Assembly: GCA_963702205.1 (NCBI GenBank)
Contig: OY969724.1
Location: 3,918,571 to 3,982,570 of the forward strand
From: an uncultured candidate division Zixibacteria bacterium
GTDB lineage: Bacteria; Zixibacteria; MSB-5A5; GN15; PGXB01
Length of the DNA: 64,000 bases
Direction: 5' to 3'
Shown: positions 50,476-60,425 of the stretch, piece by piece
Position numbering within the stretch: the first letter of the stretch is position 1
Layout of the letters: each line of letters begins with the position of its first letter
Made by a program: the position numbers and the translations under genes
The notes under the pieces: generated by a model
The model's database searches: none
What the model saw: only the letters and a program-made list of their open reading frames with translations
What the model was told of the DNA's origin: nothing

Positions 50476-52140
50476 ATGAAAGCAGTTCTATATGCCCGTG
50501 TTTCGTCCGAGCGACAGGCGGAAAAAGACTTATCAATCTCCGCTCAATTGAAGGCAATGAGAAAGTATGCCGCGAGTAGGAATTACGAGATTGTTCGCGA
50601 ATTCGTTGATGAAGCCGAAAGCGCCCGAACGGCAAACAGACCTGCATTTCAGGAGATGATATCGCTCGCCCGGTCAAAGGAAAAACCGTTCGATGCTGTC
50701 CTTGTCTGGAAGTTATCCCGTTTCGCCAGGAATAGAGAAGATTCTATTGTCTACAAATCTCTACTTAAGAAAAAGAGCATACAGGTAATATCAATCAATG
50801 AGCAAATTGATGATTCACCTGCTGGTGGGCTATTGGAAGGTATCATCGAAGTCATTGATGAATTCTATTCGGCGAACCTTGCCCAGGATACAAAACGGGG
50901 CATGCGGGAAAGTGCGAGCCGGGGGTTTTTCACAGGAGGACACCCACCTATTGGATACAAAGCCAAACCAATTAAGGTGGGGAATGCGTCCAAAAAGACA
51001 CTGGAAATTGATGAAGATTTCGCCACAATCATAAGACGCATATATGATATGGCTATTTCAGGAACCGGTGCCAAAGAAATAGCCAAAGCTCTAAATAATG
51101 AAGGCATCTTAACTAACCGTGGGAAAAAATGGACTAAGAATTTGGTGCTGTATGTTCTAAGAAATGAATTATACGCCGGAACGTTAGTTTGGGGCAAATC
51201 GGATCCAACCTGCGAACCACTGCGCATAGAAAATAACTTTCCCGCAATGGTAAGCAAAGATACTTACAATAGAGTTCAATCGCTTATTGAAGCTCGCAGC
51301 CCTTTGAAATGCAGGCCAAGGACCTTAACCTCGCCATACCTGCTTTCGGGCATCATTGTCTGCGGCAAGTGCGGTTATGCTATGCAGGGTGGATCAGCCA
51401 AATCCGGTAAATTCCATTATTATGCCTGCAATAATTCGATTAGAAAGGGCAAGCAGGCTTGCGACATCAAAATGATCAACCGTGACCGTCTCGAGGCTCT
51501 TGTCATTGAAAAGCTCAAAGAGAAAGTCCTTACTGAGGACAACCTTTTCAATCTGTTAAACCTGACCAACCAGGCTATCGAACGGCTCTATAAAACAGAT
51601 CAATCGCACGTCGCATTATTGAATAAAGAAATCGAGAAACACCAGCGAAAATTGGATAATTTGTACCGGGTCCTTGAAACAGGAAAATTGGATATCGACG
51701 ATATAGCGCCGCGCATCAAGGAATTGAAATCAGAGATCGACGGGCTCAAGGCTCAACAGAACGTTCTATTGCAAAGCCAACGGAAACCTATCCCCATCTT
51801 AAACAAGCGTCAGCTGCAATCATACGTGGCGAATATGCGGCAAATATTAACAGAAGGGACCATATTCGAGCAAAAGGGCTTTATCAATTCATTTGTAAAG
51901 AAAGTAACAGCGTTCGAAAATAAGATAATCATCGAATATACTTATCCCCTAAGTACAGCAACGAATTCAGGTTACATGGAAGAGGTTCTGTGTTCTGAAT
52001 TAAAAAGCTCCCCGTGTGCAACCCTCTTCATAACCGTTCTCCACTCGGATGTCAATCCGAAAGCGCTTATCATTCAACGAGTTATCAAAGAGCACGCCGT
52101 TCCGGCGATCCGGAAGCGGCGTCAGGACATATTTCCGTGA
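50476..52140 (+). CDS. Large serine recombinase; the last ~42 codons come from the neighbouring module
   Basis: YARVSS (catalytic Ser), KLSRFARN, recombinase domain, Zn ribbon LLSGIIVCGKCG...YYAC...C and coiled coil. The att core lies inside the gene at 52007. Confidence 0.97.
   Translation: MKAVLYARVSSERQAEKDLSISAQLKAMRKYAASRNYEIVREFVDEAESARTANRPAFQEMISLARSKEKPFDAVLVWKLSRFARNREDSIVYKSLLKKKSIQVISINEQIDDSPAGGLLEGIIEVIDEFYSANLAQDTKRGMRESASRGFFTGGHPPIGYKAKPIKVGNASKKTLEIDEDFATIIRRIYDMAISGTGAKEIAKALNNEGILTNRGKKWTKNLVLYVLRNELYAGTLVWGKSDPTCEPLRIENNFPAMVSKDTYNRVQSLIEARSPLKCRPRTLTSPYLLSGIIVCGKCGYAMQGGSAKSGKFHYYACNNSIRKGKQACDIKMINRDRLEALVIEKLKEKVLTEDNLFNLLNLTNQAIERLYKTDQSHVALLNKEIEKHQRKLDNLYRVLETGKLDIDDIAPRIKELKSEIDGLKAQQNVLLQSQRKPIPILNKRQLQSYVANMRQILTEGTIFEQKGFINSFVKKVTAFENKIIIEYTYPLSTATNSGYMEEVLCSELKSSPCATLFITVLHSDVNPKALIIQRVIKEHAVPAIRKRRQDIFP
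51984..52036 (+). repeat. Junction S8, predicted attR inside the recombinase gene
   Basis: GGTTCTGTGTTCTGAATTAAAAA-GCTCCCCG-TGTGCAACCCTCTTCATAACC; GC content rises to the right of it. Confidence 0.85.
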
Positions 52141-52253
52141 ATTCACGGCGGATTCAAGTCAGCGCAGGTCGCCATCTACCAGAGTCCTGCCCATTCCATA
52201 AGTCAAGTACAGCGACGGAAGGACAAAAGATCGCCTGGATAATCATGTTGATG

Positions 52254-53939
52254 TCATGTCTCATTGGGATTCCGTTGACCAGCTTCCCATCTCTGGATGG
52301 CTCTAATGATCTCGGCGGGTTTCGCGGCGGCGAGTACATCCTTCCGCCACTGATCATCCCGCGCCATCCTGCTGATCAGTCCAAGAGTCTCCAAGTGGCT
52401 TTCCGGCGGATCAATGGGGGATAACAGCAAAATTAAAAGCCGAACCTTTCGCCCCACCTCTTGATCTTGGATACCCTCTCTGCCGACGCCAATAGCCATT
52501 ACGGGACGAGATAAACCCGCTATCCGCGCATGGGGAATCGCCACGTCCTCTCCCACGAAAGTCTCGCCTTGTTTTTCACGGTCGAGAACTGATTCCCATG
52601 CGGGTTCCATTAGCCCTCTATCGACCTCATGACAGGACTCGAGCAGACGCCTGATTGCATCCTCCTTTTCAATGAGCTTTTTCCAAACCAGGACGGTCAC
52701 CCTCGAAAGCGCCGCGCCGCTTTCATGAATTAAGTCCTTGCGTTCCTTGAAGCCTGCATCAGATTCAACAGCCGGAGGTATTATTTCAGGAGTTGGTCGC
52801 TCTTCCTGTATGGCCTTCGTATCCAGAACAACGACGGTAATCCCTCTCCCCTCGGTGACCAACTGATCCACGATGCTGGCTTCGCCCCGCAGTCGCTTCC
52901 AGAAAGGCATCTTTCTGCCTGGGCTGCCGATAACGATGTGGCCGACACGGTACTCTTTGGCGAACTGGAGGATGGTTTTGACGACATCGTCACCCTTGTA
53001 TGTGAATACAGTCGCCCCTAACTGTTGCGCAAGTGTAAGCGTATTGGAAAGCACTCGCTGGGTTGCCGCGTCGATGACTGTGGGGCGTTCCTGGGACGTC
53101 TGTACATACACTGCATACCAATTACGGTTCAGTCTACCGGCTAGCCGTGACGCATAACGCAGCAGAGCCTCGCTATTTGGTCCCCTGGAACTTAAGGCCA
53201 CCATGACCTGGTCGGGGCTGGAAGGAATTTCCTGATCCAACGGATCGCGTCTTCGTGAATCAATTTGGGCGGCCAATTCACGAAGCGTCAGCTCGCGAAG
53301 CTGTTCCAGGTTGGGCGGCCTGAAAAAATGGTCCAGGGCGGTTTCAATCCGTTCACTGGTGTAGACTTTTCCTTCCTTAAGACGGCGTCGCAGGTCCTCG
53401 ATGGTGATATCGACGTTGACAATCTGATCGGCCTTCGCGACCACGCGGTCTGGAATCCGCTCGCGCACCTTCACATTCGTGGCACGCTCGACCGTTTCAT
53501 ACAGGCTTTCCAAATGTTGGATGTTCAGGGTGGAGATAACATGAATGCCTGCCGCAAGCAGCTCTTCAACATCCTGATAGCGTTTTGCATTCTTGCTGCC
53601 CGGCACATTGGTGTGGGCAAGCTCATCCACAAGAACAACACCCGGACGACGCTCAAGTATGGCGTCAAGGTCCATTTCCTCGATCACAATCCCACGATAG
53701 GTGATCTTGCGACGTGGAATTACCGGAAGCCCGGTAAGTAATGCTTCCGTTTCAGCTCGACCGTGGGTTTCAACCAGCCCAACAGCCAAATCGACTCCAT
53801 CCTGCATGATCCTGTGCCCCTCGAGGAGCATCTGGTATGTCTTGCCCACACCCGCAGCATAACCCAGGTAAATCTTCAACCTGCCCCGTTGCGAGCTTCG
53901 GATCAGACGCAGAAAGTTATCCGCACGGTTTCCGTTCAT
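52254..53939 (-). CDS. kdpD: Cytoplasmic KdpD N-terminal and USP domains fused to a PTS EIIA-like domain (no kinase domain)
   Basis: GRLKIYLGYAAGVGKT, VDELAHTN and NIQHLES motifs; USP region; VAIPHAR EIIA motif. Confidence 0.9.
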   Translation of the reverse strand: MNGNRADNFLRLIRSSQRGRLKIYLGYAAGVGKTYQMLLEGHRIMQDGVDLAVGLVETHGRAETEALLTGLPVIPRRKITYRGIVIEEMDLDAILERRPGVVLVDELAHTNVPGSKNAKRYQDVEELLAAGIHVISTLNIQHLESLYETVERATNVKVRERIPDRVVAKADQIVNVDITIEDLRRRLKEGKVYTSERIETALDHFFRPPNLEQLRELTLRELAAQIDSRRRDPLDQEIPSSPDQVMVALSSRGPNSEALLRYASRLAGRLNRNWYAVYVQTSQERPTVIDAATQRVLSNTLTLAQQLGATVFTYKGDDVVKTILQFAKEYRVGHIVIGSPGRKMPFWKRLRGEASIVDQLVTEGRGITVVVLDTKAIQEERPTPEIIPPAVESDAGFKERKDLIHESGAALSRVTVLVWKKLIEKEDAIRRLLESCHEVDRGLMEPAWESVLDREKQGETFVGEDVAIPHARIAGLSRPVMAIGVGREGIQDQEVGRKVRLLILLLSPIDPPESHLETLGLISRMARDDQWRKDVLAAAKPAEIIRAIQRWEAGQRNPNET

Positions 53940-53940
53940 C

Positions 53941-54528
53941 TCATTTTTCCAGCTTGTCCAATGCGATATTCACGAGCAGGACATTCACAAGGGGTTCGTT
54001 GGTAAGAAATCCGCCAGTTTTTTCGGCATAATTTTCCAGAACGGTTTGAACCGAACTGACGGGTATCCCTCTTGCCTCAGCGACTCTTGCCATCTGGTAT
54101 TGGGCCGCCTTAAGCGTGATGTGCGGGTCCATTCCGCTGCCAGATGCGGTCACCAAGTCGGCCGGCAGAGGATTTCCTTCCTCGACTCTCATTCTGTCCA
54201 GAATCTTGACCGCTCTTTCACGAAGTGCGGGGTTGGTCGGGGACCAGTTGCTACCGCCCGTAGCCGAGGCGTCATAGTCTGGGGCTGAAGGTCTGGGCCA
54301 GATGTATTCGGGACGAGTGAAGGCCTGCGCAATCGACTCGCTGCCGATAATTTCTCCTTGTTCGTTGCTGAGCAGGGAGCCATTGGCCGTATACGGCACC
54401 ATGACCTGGCCTATCCCCAGAATCAACAGAGTGTAGACTCCGCAGCAAATCACCATGGTCGTCAAAACCATTCGGGCCGATATCAAAATTTGCCGTGCCG
54501 TGCTGATGGCTTCTATATTTGTGTTCAT
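53941..54528 (-). CDS. kdpC: K+-transporting ATPase subunit C
   Basis: ANGSL, PRPSA and ADLVTASGSGMDPHI motifs. Confidence 0.95.
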   Translation of the reverse strand: MNTNIEAISTARQILISARMVLTTMVICCGVYTLLILGIGQVMVPYTANGSLLSNEQGEIIGSESIAQAFTRPEYIWPRPSAPDYDASATGGSNWSPTNPALRERAVKILDRMRVEEGNPLPADLVTASGSGMDPHITLKAAQYQMARVAEARGIPVSSVQTVLENYAEKTGGFLTNEPLVNVLLVNIALDKLEK

Positions 54529-54538
54529 TGTAAACCTC

Positions 54539-56617
54539 CTACAGTATTCCAGTGATGCTCAGGACCATATCGATTAGTTTGATCCCGATAAAAGGCGTGA
54601 TGATTCCGCCAAGCCCGTAGACGAACAAGTTGCGCCGCAAGATGCTGTCCGCTCCCATGGGACGATATTTGACCCCCTTGAGGGCGATGGGAATCAGCAA
54701 AGGAATGATGATGGCATTGAATATCAGCGCCGAGAGAATGGCGCTTTGCGGCGTCGCAAGACCCATGATGTTCAAGGCTGCAAGCTGAGGGATAGCGAGC
54801 ACGAACATAGCCGGGATAATCGCAAAATACTTGGCAACGTCATTGGCGATGGAAAAAGTCGTGAGCGATCCACGGGTCATGAGCAGTTGTTTTCCGATCT
54901 CGATAACCTCGATCAGCTTGGTCGGATCGCTATCCAGATCCACCATGTTCCCGGCTTCCTTGGCAGCCTGGGTACCGGAGTTCATGGCGATCCCGATATC
55001 CGCCTGCGCCAGGGCCGGTGCGTCGTTCGTTCCGTCACCCATCATGGCGATCAGCCTTCCAGCCCGTTGTTCCTTGCGAATATATTCGAGTTTGTCTTCC
55101 GGTTTGGCTTCCGCAATGTAGTCATCGACACCGGCCTGTTCGGCGATGGCGGCTGCGGTCAGGGGATTGTCTCCCGTCACCATGACCACGCGCAGCCCCA
55201 TGGCCCGCAGACGTTCAAATCGATCACGAATGCCGGGTTTAAGCACATCCGATAACGCGACAACCCCGAGCATTTTTTTGCCTTCGGAAACGACAATAGG
55301 AGTGCTGCCTTGACGGGCGACATCGTCTACAAGTCCTTTGATTTCCTCTGGAATCATGGCATCTTGCTCCCGGAGGTAGGCGCAAACAGCGTCGGACGCG
55401 CCTTTACGGAAACTTCGGCCGTCGGGAAAATCGAGACCGCTCAATCGTGTTTGGGCGGTAAACGGGATGAGCTTGGCCTGCGGCGCTTCATCCGGCGCAT
55501 CAGGTCCAAGAATCTCCTCTCCAAGACGGACAATGGACTTGCCCTCGGGCGTCTGATCGCCAAATGACGCGCACATGGCCGCTTCGGCCAATTGCTCCTT
55601 CGTCACTCCGGGCAATGGATGATACTCGGTAGCCTGACGATCACCCATGGTGATGGTGCCGGTCTTATCCAGCAGCAAGGTGTCGATGTCGCCCGCCAGT
55701 TCCACCGCCTTGCCGCTCTTTGCCAGCACGTTGGCCGAAAGGGCGCGGTCCATGCCCGCAAGTCCGATAGCGGCCAGAAGAGCCCCGATGGTAGTTGGGA
55801 TCAGACAGACCAAGAGAGCGATTAACGTGGGGATGGGAAGATCCACGTCGAAATAGCGGCCAATCGGCCAAAGCGCCCCAGTCACCATGAGAAAGGCGAG
55901 GGTAAGCCCTGCCAGGGTTACGGTCAGGGCAAGCTCATTGGGCGTCTTTTGCCGTACGGCCCCCTCGACCAGAGCAATCATACGGTCGAGAAACGACTCA
56001 CCAGCGCCCGCTGTAATACGGATTTTGATTTGATCGGAAAGGACGCGCGTACCTCCCGTGACGCCCGAACGATCACCACCAGCCTCCCGAACGACGGGCG
56101 CGGACTCTCCTGTAATAGCGGATTCATCCACGGATGCCGCACCCTCGATCACCTCGCCATCACTGGGGATGGTTTCACCTGCGACCACCAACACGACATC
56201 GCCTTCACGAAGTTCGTCCGAGCTGACTTGCTCGTCGGTGCCGTTCACCAGCCGACGGGCCAGAGTCTTGCTTCGGGTTTGCTTCAGGGTATTCGCCTGC
56301 GCCTTGCCCCGTGCCTCGGCCAGGGCCTCAGCGAAATTGGCAAAGAGCACGGTCAGCCAGAGAATGACGGTCACGGCAAGGGTGTAAAATGTCCCGGAAC
56401 TCCCCTGAACCACGTCTTTGATCAGAACAATCGTGGTGAGGATGGCCCCGACTTCGGTAATGAACATGACAGGATTCCGGGCCATAATCCAAGGCTTCAA
56501 CATGGCGATGGCCTGTTTCCCGGCGGTTCTGACCAGGCTCTTTTCGAAAAGCGAAGCTTTGCGTGCTTTACGCCTTTCAAACTTTAACGCTACGCTTTCG
56601 TTGGTATGGTTATTCAT
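54539..56617 (-). CDS. kdpB: K+-transporting ATPase subunit B
   Basis: [23 protein letters not shown] and [13 protein letters not shown] motifs. Confidence 0.98.
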   Translation of the reverse strand: MNNHTNESVALKFERRKARKASLFEKSLVRTAGKQAIAMLKPWIMARNPVMFITEVGAILTTIVLIKDVVQGSSGTFYTLAVTVILWLTVLFANFAEALAEARGKAQANTLKQTRSKTLARRLVNGTDEQVSSDELREGDVVLVVAGETIPSDGEVIEGAASVDESAITGESAPVVREAGGDRSGVTGGTRVLSDQIKIRITAGAGESFLDRMIALVEGAVRQKTPNELALTVTLAGLTLAFLMVTGALWPIGRYFDVDLPIPTLIALLVCLIPTTIGALLAAIGLAGMDRALSANVLAKSGKAVELAGDIDTLLLDKTGTITMGDRQATEYHPLPGVTKEQLAEAAMCASFGDQTPEGKSIVRLGEEILGPDAPDEAPQAKLIPFTAQTRLSGLDFPDGRSFRKGASDAVCAYLREQDAMIPEEIKGLVDDVARQGSTPIVVSEGKKMLGVVALSDVLKPGIRDRFERLRAMGLRVVMVTGDNPLTAAAIAEQAGVDDYIAEAKPEDKLEYIRKEQRAGRLIAMMGDGTNDAPALAQADIGIAMNSGTQAAKEAGNMVDLDSDPTKLIEVIEIGKQLLMTRGSLTTFSIANDVAKYFAIIPAMFVLAIPQLAALNIMGLATPQSAILSALIFNAIIIPLLIPIALKGVKYRPMGADSILRRNLFVYGLGGIITPFIGIKLIDMVLSITGIL

Positions 56618-56647
56618 GAAATAATCCTCTTCATTTTAGATACTTGA

Positions 56648-58321
56648 TCAAAGTCCGGCCGCTAAATGCTCTGCTATCGGGCCAAGAACGGCAACCGGCA
56701 GGAACAGGAGCGCCCCGATGAAAACCACGCTACCCAGAATCACCATGCCGAACAGAAGTGTATCTGTGCGCAAGGTGCCCGTGGTTTCAGGCGCTGGTTT
56801 CTTAGCTGCCAACGACCCGGCGATAGCCAAGGGCAGGATGATGGGGATAAAACGGGCAAGGAGCATGACCGTGCCCGTGGCCACATTCCAGGGCACGGTG
56901 TTGTCTCCCAGACCCTCGAAGCCTGAACCGTTGTTGGCTGCTGCGGAACTGAACTCGTAGAGGATTTCTGAAAATCCGTGGAAGCCGGGGTTGTTCAATG
57001 TCGAAGCACCCCAGGCGGTGGCGGCGAAAACCGCTGTTCCTCCCAGGATAAATAATGGATGAATGAGAATCGCCAGCAGGGCGAACTTCATCTCCCGGGT
57101 TTCCACCTTGCGACCGAAATACTCCGGCGTTCGCCCCACCATCATGCCGCTGATGAAGACGCCGACAATAATGTACAGAAACATGTTGATCATACCGACG
57201 CCGACACCACCGAAGGTGACGTTGAACCACATGCCGATCATCGGCATGAGCCCGGTGAGTGGGTTGAGGCTGTCATGCATGGCGTCCACCGACCCATTGC
57301 TCGTCGCCGTTGTCAGGACGCTCCACGTCGGACCGGCCGAGGTTCCGAACCGCAGTTCCTTACCTTCTATATTTCCGGCGGTTTCTACTGGTAGCCCGGC
57401 AAGAGCAGCGGTGGGCGCACTTTCGAAATAATTGGCCAGGCCAACCTTGACCGTCAGCAATGCGGCCATGACGGCGAAGACAATCACTGCATGCCGCATT
57501 CGACCGGTAATACGTCCGAACATCCAGACACAGGCCATCGGTATCAGTATGATGGAGATGCTTTCAATGATATTGGTGAAAAAGGTGGCATTTTCAAAAG
57601 GGTGGGTGGAATTGGGTCCGAAGAACCCGCCGCCGTTGGTGCCCAGCTGCTTGATTGCCACGAACGCCGCCGCCGGTCCCCTTGCGATGGTTTGCGTTAT
57701 CCCTTCGAGGGTTGTCGCTACGGCTGCTCCCTGCAGCGTCATGACGACCCCACCCAGGGTCAGAACCGTCGCGGCGATGGCCGCTATCGGCAGCAGCACA
57801 AGGAAAGTAGCCCGCATCAGATCCGAGTAGAAATTTCCGAAATTCGACCTCCCCGCAAGCCCCCGCGCAAGAGCGACAAGGGCTGCTATCCCCGTGGCGG
57901 CGGAGACGAACTGCAGCCACATCAGGCCAAAAACCTGAGAGAAGTAGCTGAGCGACACCTCGCCCGAGTAGTGCTGAAGGTTGGTGTTGGAGGTGAACGA
58001 GGCCGTGGTGTTGAAAATCAGGCTGGGTTCCAGCATGCCCTTGCCATCCGGGTTCAGCGGGAGCCACTGCTGAAGCGAAAGGATTGTGTATACGACGACA
58101 AACATGATTGCGTTGAACAGAAGCATGGAAAAAACATACCGCTTCCAATCCTGTTGCCGGGCCACAAGGGGGCCGCCTGCTTTTAGTATCAAGCGTTCGA
58201 GAAGCCCCCGTGAGGACGACATTGTTTCGCCGGGGTCCATGGCCCAGGTCATGACTTTTGCCAGTGGCCACGACAGAAGCGCGGTCCCGGCGAGGATGAG
58301 AAATATGTAGAGTATGGTCAT
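56648..58321 (-). CDS. kdpA: K+-transporting ATPase subunit A
   Basis: SNTNLQHYSGE, IKQLGTNGGGFFG and SAAANNGSGFEGL motifs. Confidence 0.98.
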   Translation of the reverse strand: MTILYIFLILAGTALLSWPLAKVMTWAMDPGETMSSSRGLLERLILKAGGPLVARQQDWKRYVFSMLLFNAIMFVVVYTILSLQQWLPLNPDGKGMLEPSLIFNTTASFTSNTNLQHYSGEVSLSYFSQVFGLMWLQFVSAATGIAALVALARGLAGRSNFGNFYSDLMRATFLVLLPIAAIAATVLTLGGVVMTLQGAAVATTLEGITQTIARGPAAAFVAIKQLGTNGGGFFGPNSTHPFENATFFTNIIESISIILIPMACVWMFGRITGRMRHAVIVFAVMAALLTVKVGLANYFESAPTAALAGLPVETAGNIEGKELRFGTSAGPTWSVLTTATSNGSVDAMHDSLNPLTGLMPMIGMWFNVTFGGVGVGMINMFLYIIVGVFISGMMVGRTPEYFGRKVETREMKFALLAILIHPLFILGGTAVFAATAWGASTLNNPGFHGFSEILYEFSSAAANNGSGFEGLGDNTVPWNVATGTVMLLARFIPIILPLAIAGSLAAKKPAPETTGTLRTDTLLFGMVILGSVVFIGALLFLPVAVLGPIAEHLAAGL

Positions 58322-58337
58322 TCTTTGCCTCCGAACA

Positions 58338-58418
58338 TTAGAATTTTTCCGGGTTTATGATGGCGAAGACAAGATATGCCATGCACAACACCAAAACGAT
58401 TGCTGAAAGATAAAGCAT
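58338..58418 (-). CDS. kdpF: KdpF subunit (26 aa, MLYLSAIVLVLCMAYLVFAIINPEKF)
   Basis: Translated by hand. YLxxAxxxPEKF signature, GGAGG RBS, directly upstream of kdpA. Confidence 0.9.
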   Translation of the reverse strand: MLYLSAIVLVLCMAYLVFAIINPEKF

Positions 58419-58428
58419 GATTGCCTCC

Positions 58429-58512
58429 CTATATTTTGTCGCAAGCAACTGTAAGAGCCGCCAACACGGCGAAAATGGCCAGTCCTAGAATCATATACAA
58501 TGCGAATGACAT
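58429..58512 (-). CDS. Small hydrophobic peptide (27 aa, MSFALYMILGLAIFAVLAALTVACDKI)
   Basis: Translated by hand. GGAGG RBS; fills the gap between the kinase and kdpF. Confidence 0.65.
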   Translation of the reverse strand: MSFALYMILGLAIFAVLAALTVACDKI

Positions 58513-58514
58513 AT

Positions 58515-60371
58515 TTAGTCCTCCATGGGTTTGGTTAATGTGTTTTCCGCGGGGTCCATTCGTAGGGGAAGCGTGAACTCAAAGATCGACCCTTTGCCGA
58601 CAACGCTTTCAACGCCAACATCTCCCCCATGTGCACGGACGATTTCTTTCGCTATAGATAGGCCCAATCCCACGCCGGATTCCTTATCCTGACCAGGCGC
58701 TCTATAAAATTTTTCAAACAGGTGCTTTATTTCCTTCTCCGGAATGCCTTTCCCGGTGTCTTCCACGCGAAACACGACCTGACCCTGCTTTTGTTCAGCA
58801 CGGATGGTCACTGAACCGCCCGGATCAGTGAATCGAAGCGCGTTTGAAAGGAGATTCGCGAATACATGTCTGATCTTCTCGGTGTCCGCCAACACCTCGG
58901 GCAAATCTTCCGATACGGCGTTTTCCACCGTTACCCCCTTGTCCTTGGCGTCCACGAGATAGGGCTCCAACGCATCCCGCACCAGGGCTCTCGGCGTGAT
59001 GGATTCGGTTGCCAGGCTCGATTTCCCGGACTCGATACGGTTGATATCAAGCAAATCGCTGAGAATACCCACCAGCCTTTCGCTGTCATCCCTAGCCGCC
59101 ATCAGCAGCTCGATCTGTTTTTCGTTGAGGGAACCGATACGTTCCTCCAGCAATAGATGAATGGACATGCGGATGGAAGTCAGCGGTGTCTTCAGTTGAT
59201 GTGAGACAGTGGACACAACGTCCCGCTTCATTTCCTGCTGTTCATGGACCTGAGTTACGTCCTTAAGTATCAATGCCACGCCGGTCGGCTCGGGGCGTTC
59301 CGGACCAACAGGGATCGGCACCGCCACCGGCTGGAAGAAGTATTCCCTGTTATCAATGAACTGCTGGATGGTTTTGGGATCTGATTCGGCGAATTCATTG
59401 TCAGCCAGAGCCTTTTGAACCATGGGAGGCAGCCAGTCGAATCCGAGGTCGCTCACCAATACGCCGGGTTTAAGGCCAAAGTGCTGGTCCGCCGTTTCAG
59501 TTGAAATCTCCACCTTCCCTTCCAGATCGAGAACGGCAATGCCCCCGGGAAGGGCTTTGAATACTTCCTCGGTCGCGCGTTTTGTTCGCAAAAGATTGAC
59601 CCTATCCTCTTTGCGAACCAGCCTCAGGGCGGCAGCCATTTCATTAAATGATTCCGAAAGCCGACCGATCTCGTCTCTTGCCCCATTTTCCAGGACAAGA
59701 TCCAGATTTCCGCCTCGGATTTCGTTCGCGGATTCAATCAAACGGATAATGGGATGCAAAATCCATCTGTGCGCAAGATAACTGAACAGAATGGCCAGCA
59801 ATGCCGCTGCAATGATGGCCGCCAGCATCACGTGGCGAGCGACATCCGCTTTTGCCCTGGCGGCATCGTTCGCCTCGACCATATTTCTCTGATTCATGAG
59901 CAGTATGTCTTGAGCCAGCGTTTTGATCCGCTGAAATAACGGTTGGATTTCGGAGAAGTAGGCGGTTTGTCGTTCAAGAAGGGGGCGTTCCTGAGCGACG
60001 ACTATGGAGATGAGTTTTATATACTCCTCGAACCGCGCCTCTATTTGCCGGGCTTTTTCCAACTCCTGCGGAAGCGTGATGTTGCCTAATTCCACACCAA
60101 GGGCTTCGCGGAAACTGGCGGTATAGTCCGTAATCAGCCGATTTCCCTCGGTGGTTTTTCCGGAAAGGGTGTACAAAATGCCACTGTCGATGCGCTCCAG
60201 AGATTCCTTCATGTCCTGGCAAGCCACCACGCTGCGGAAATTCTCTTGAAGAATGATGTCGATGGCCTTGCCGAGCTCACCGAGTTGAACCATCGTCAGT
60301 GTGCCAACAACAGCAATGATGGCGAGCAACCCGCCAAACCCGATCACGATCTTTTGTCTTATGCCAATCAT
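58515..60371 (-). CDS. Membrane HAMP/PAS sensor histidine kinase
   Basis: Two TM segments, HAMP, H-box VSHQLKTPL, and N/G boxes. Start reassigned to ATG 60371. Confidence 0.92.
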   Translation of the reverse strand: MIGIRQKIVIGFGGLLAIIAVVGTLTMVQLGELGKAIDIILQENFRSVVACQDMKESLERIDSGILYTLSGKTTEGNRLITDYTASFREALGVELGNITLPQELEKARQIEARFEEYIKLISIVVAQERPLLERQTAYFSEIQPLFQRIKTLAQDILLMNQRNMVEANDAARAKADVARHVMLAAIIAAALLAILFSYLAHRWILHPIIRLIESANEIRGGNLDLVLENGARDEIGRLSESFNEMAAALRLVRKEDRVNLLRTKRATEEVFKALPGGIAVLDLEGKVEISTETADQHFGLKPGVLVSDLGFDWLPPMVQKALADNEFAESDPKTIQQFIDNREYFFQPVAVPIPVGPERPEPTGVALILKDVTQVHEQQEMKRDVVSTVSHQLKTPLTSIRMSIHLLLEERIGSLNEKQIELLMAARDDSERLVGILSDLLDINRIESGKSSLATESITPRALVRDALEPYLVDAKDKGVTVENAVSEDLPEVLADTEKIRHVFANLLSNALRFTDPGGSVTIRAEQKQGQVVFRVEDTGKGIPEKEIKHLFEKFYRAPGQDKESGVGLGLSIAKEIVRAHGGDVGVESVVGKGSIFEFTLPLRMDPAENTLTKPMED

Positions 60372-60425
60372 CCGCGTGTCCTTATCAATATCAGTTCGTA
60401 CTCCTTCAGATACTACTCTGCTCAA

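Larger units (their letters stand above)
33655..52014. mobile_element. 18.35-kb serine-recombinase integrative element (satellite/IME-like defence island)
   Basis: Bounded by the direct repeat GCTCCCCG with inverted arms. Contains an LSR, repressor/ImmA pair, HTH, primase-helicase and type I R-M. No phage structural or conjugation genes recognised. Confidence 0.85.

Noticed and set aside
45296..52140. Full prophage or conjugative ICE
   Set aside because: No capsid, terminase large subunit, tail, relaxase or T4SS genes recognised within the element boundaries.
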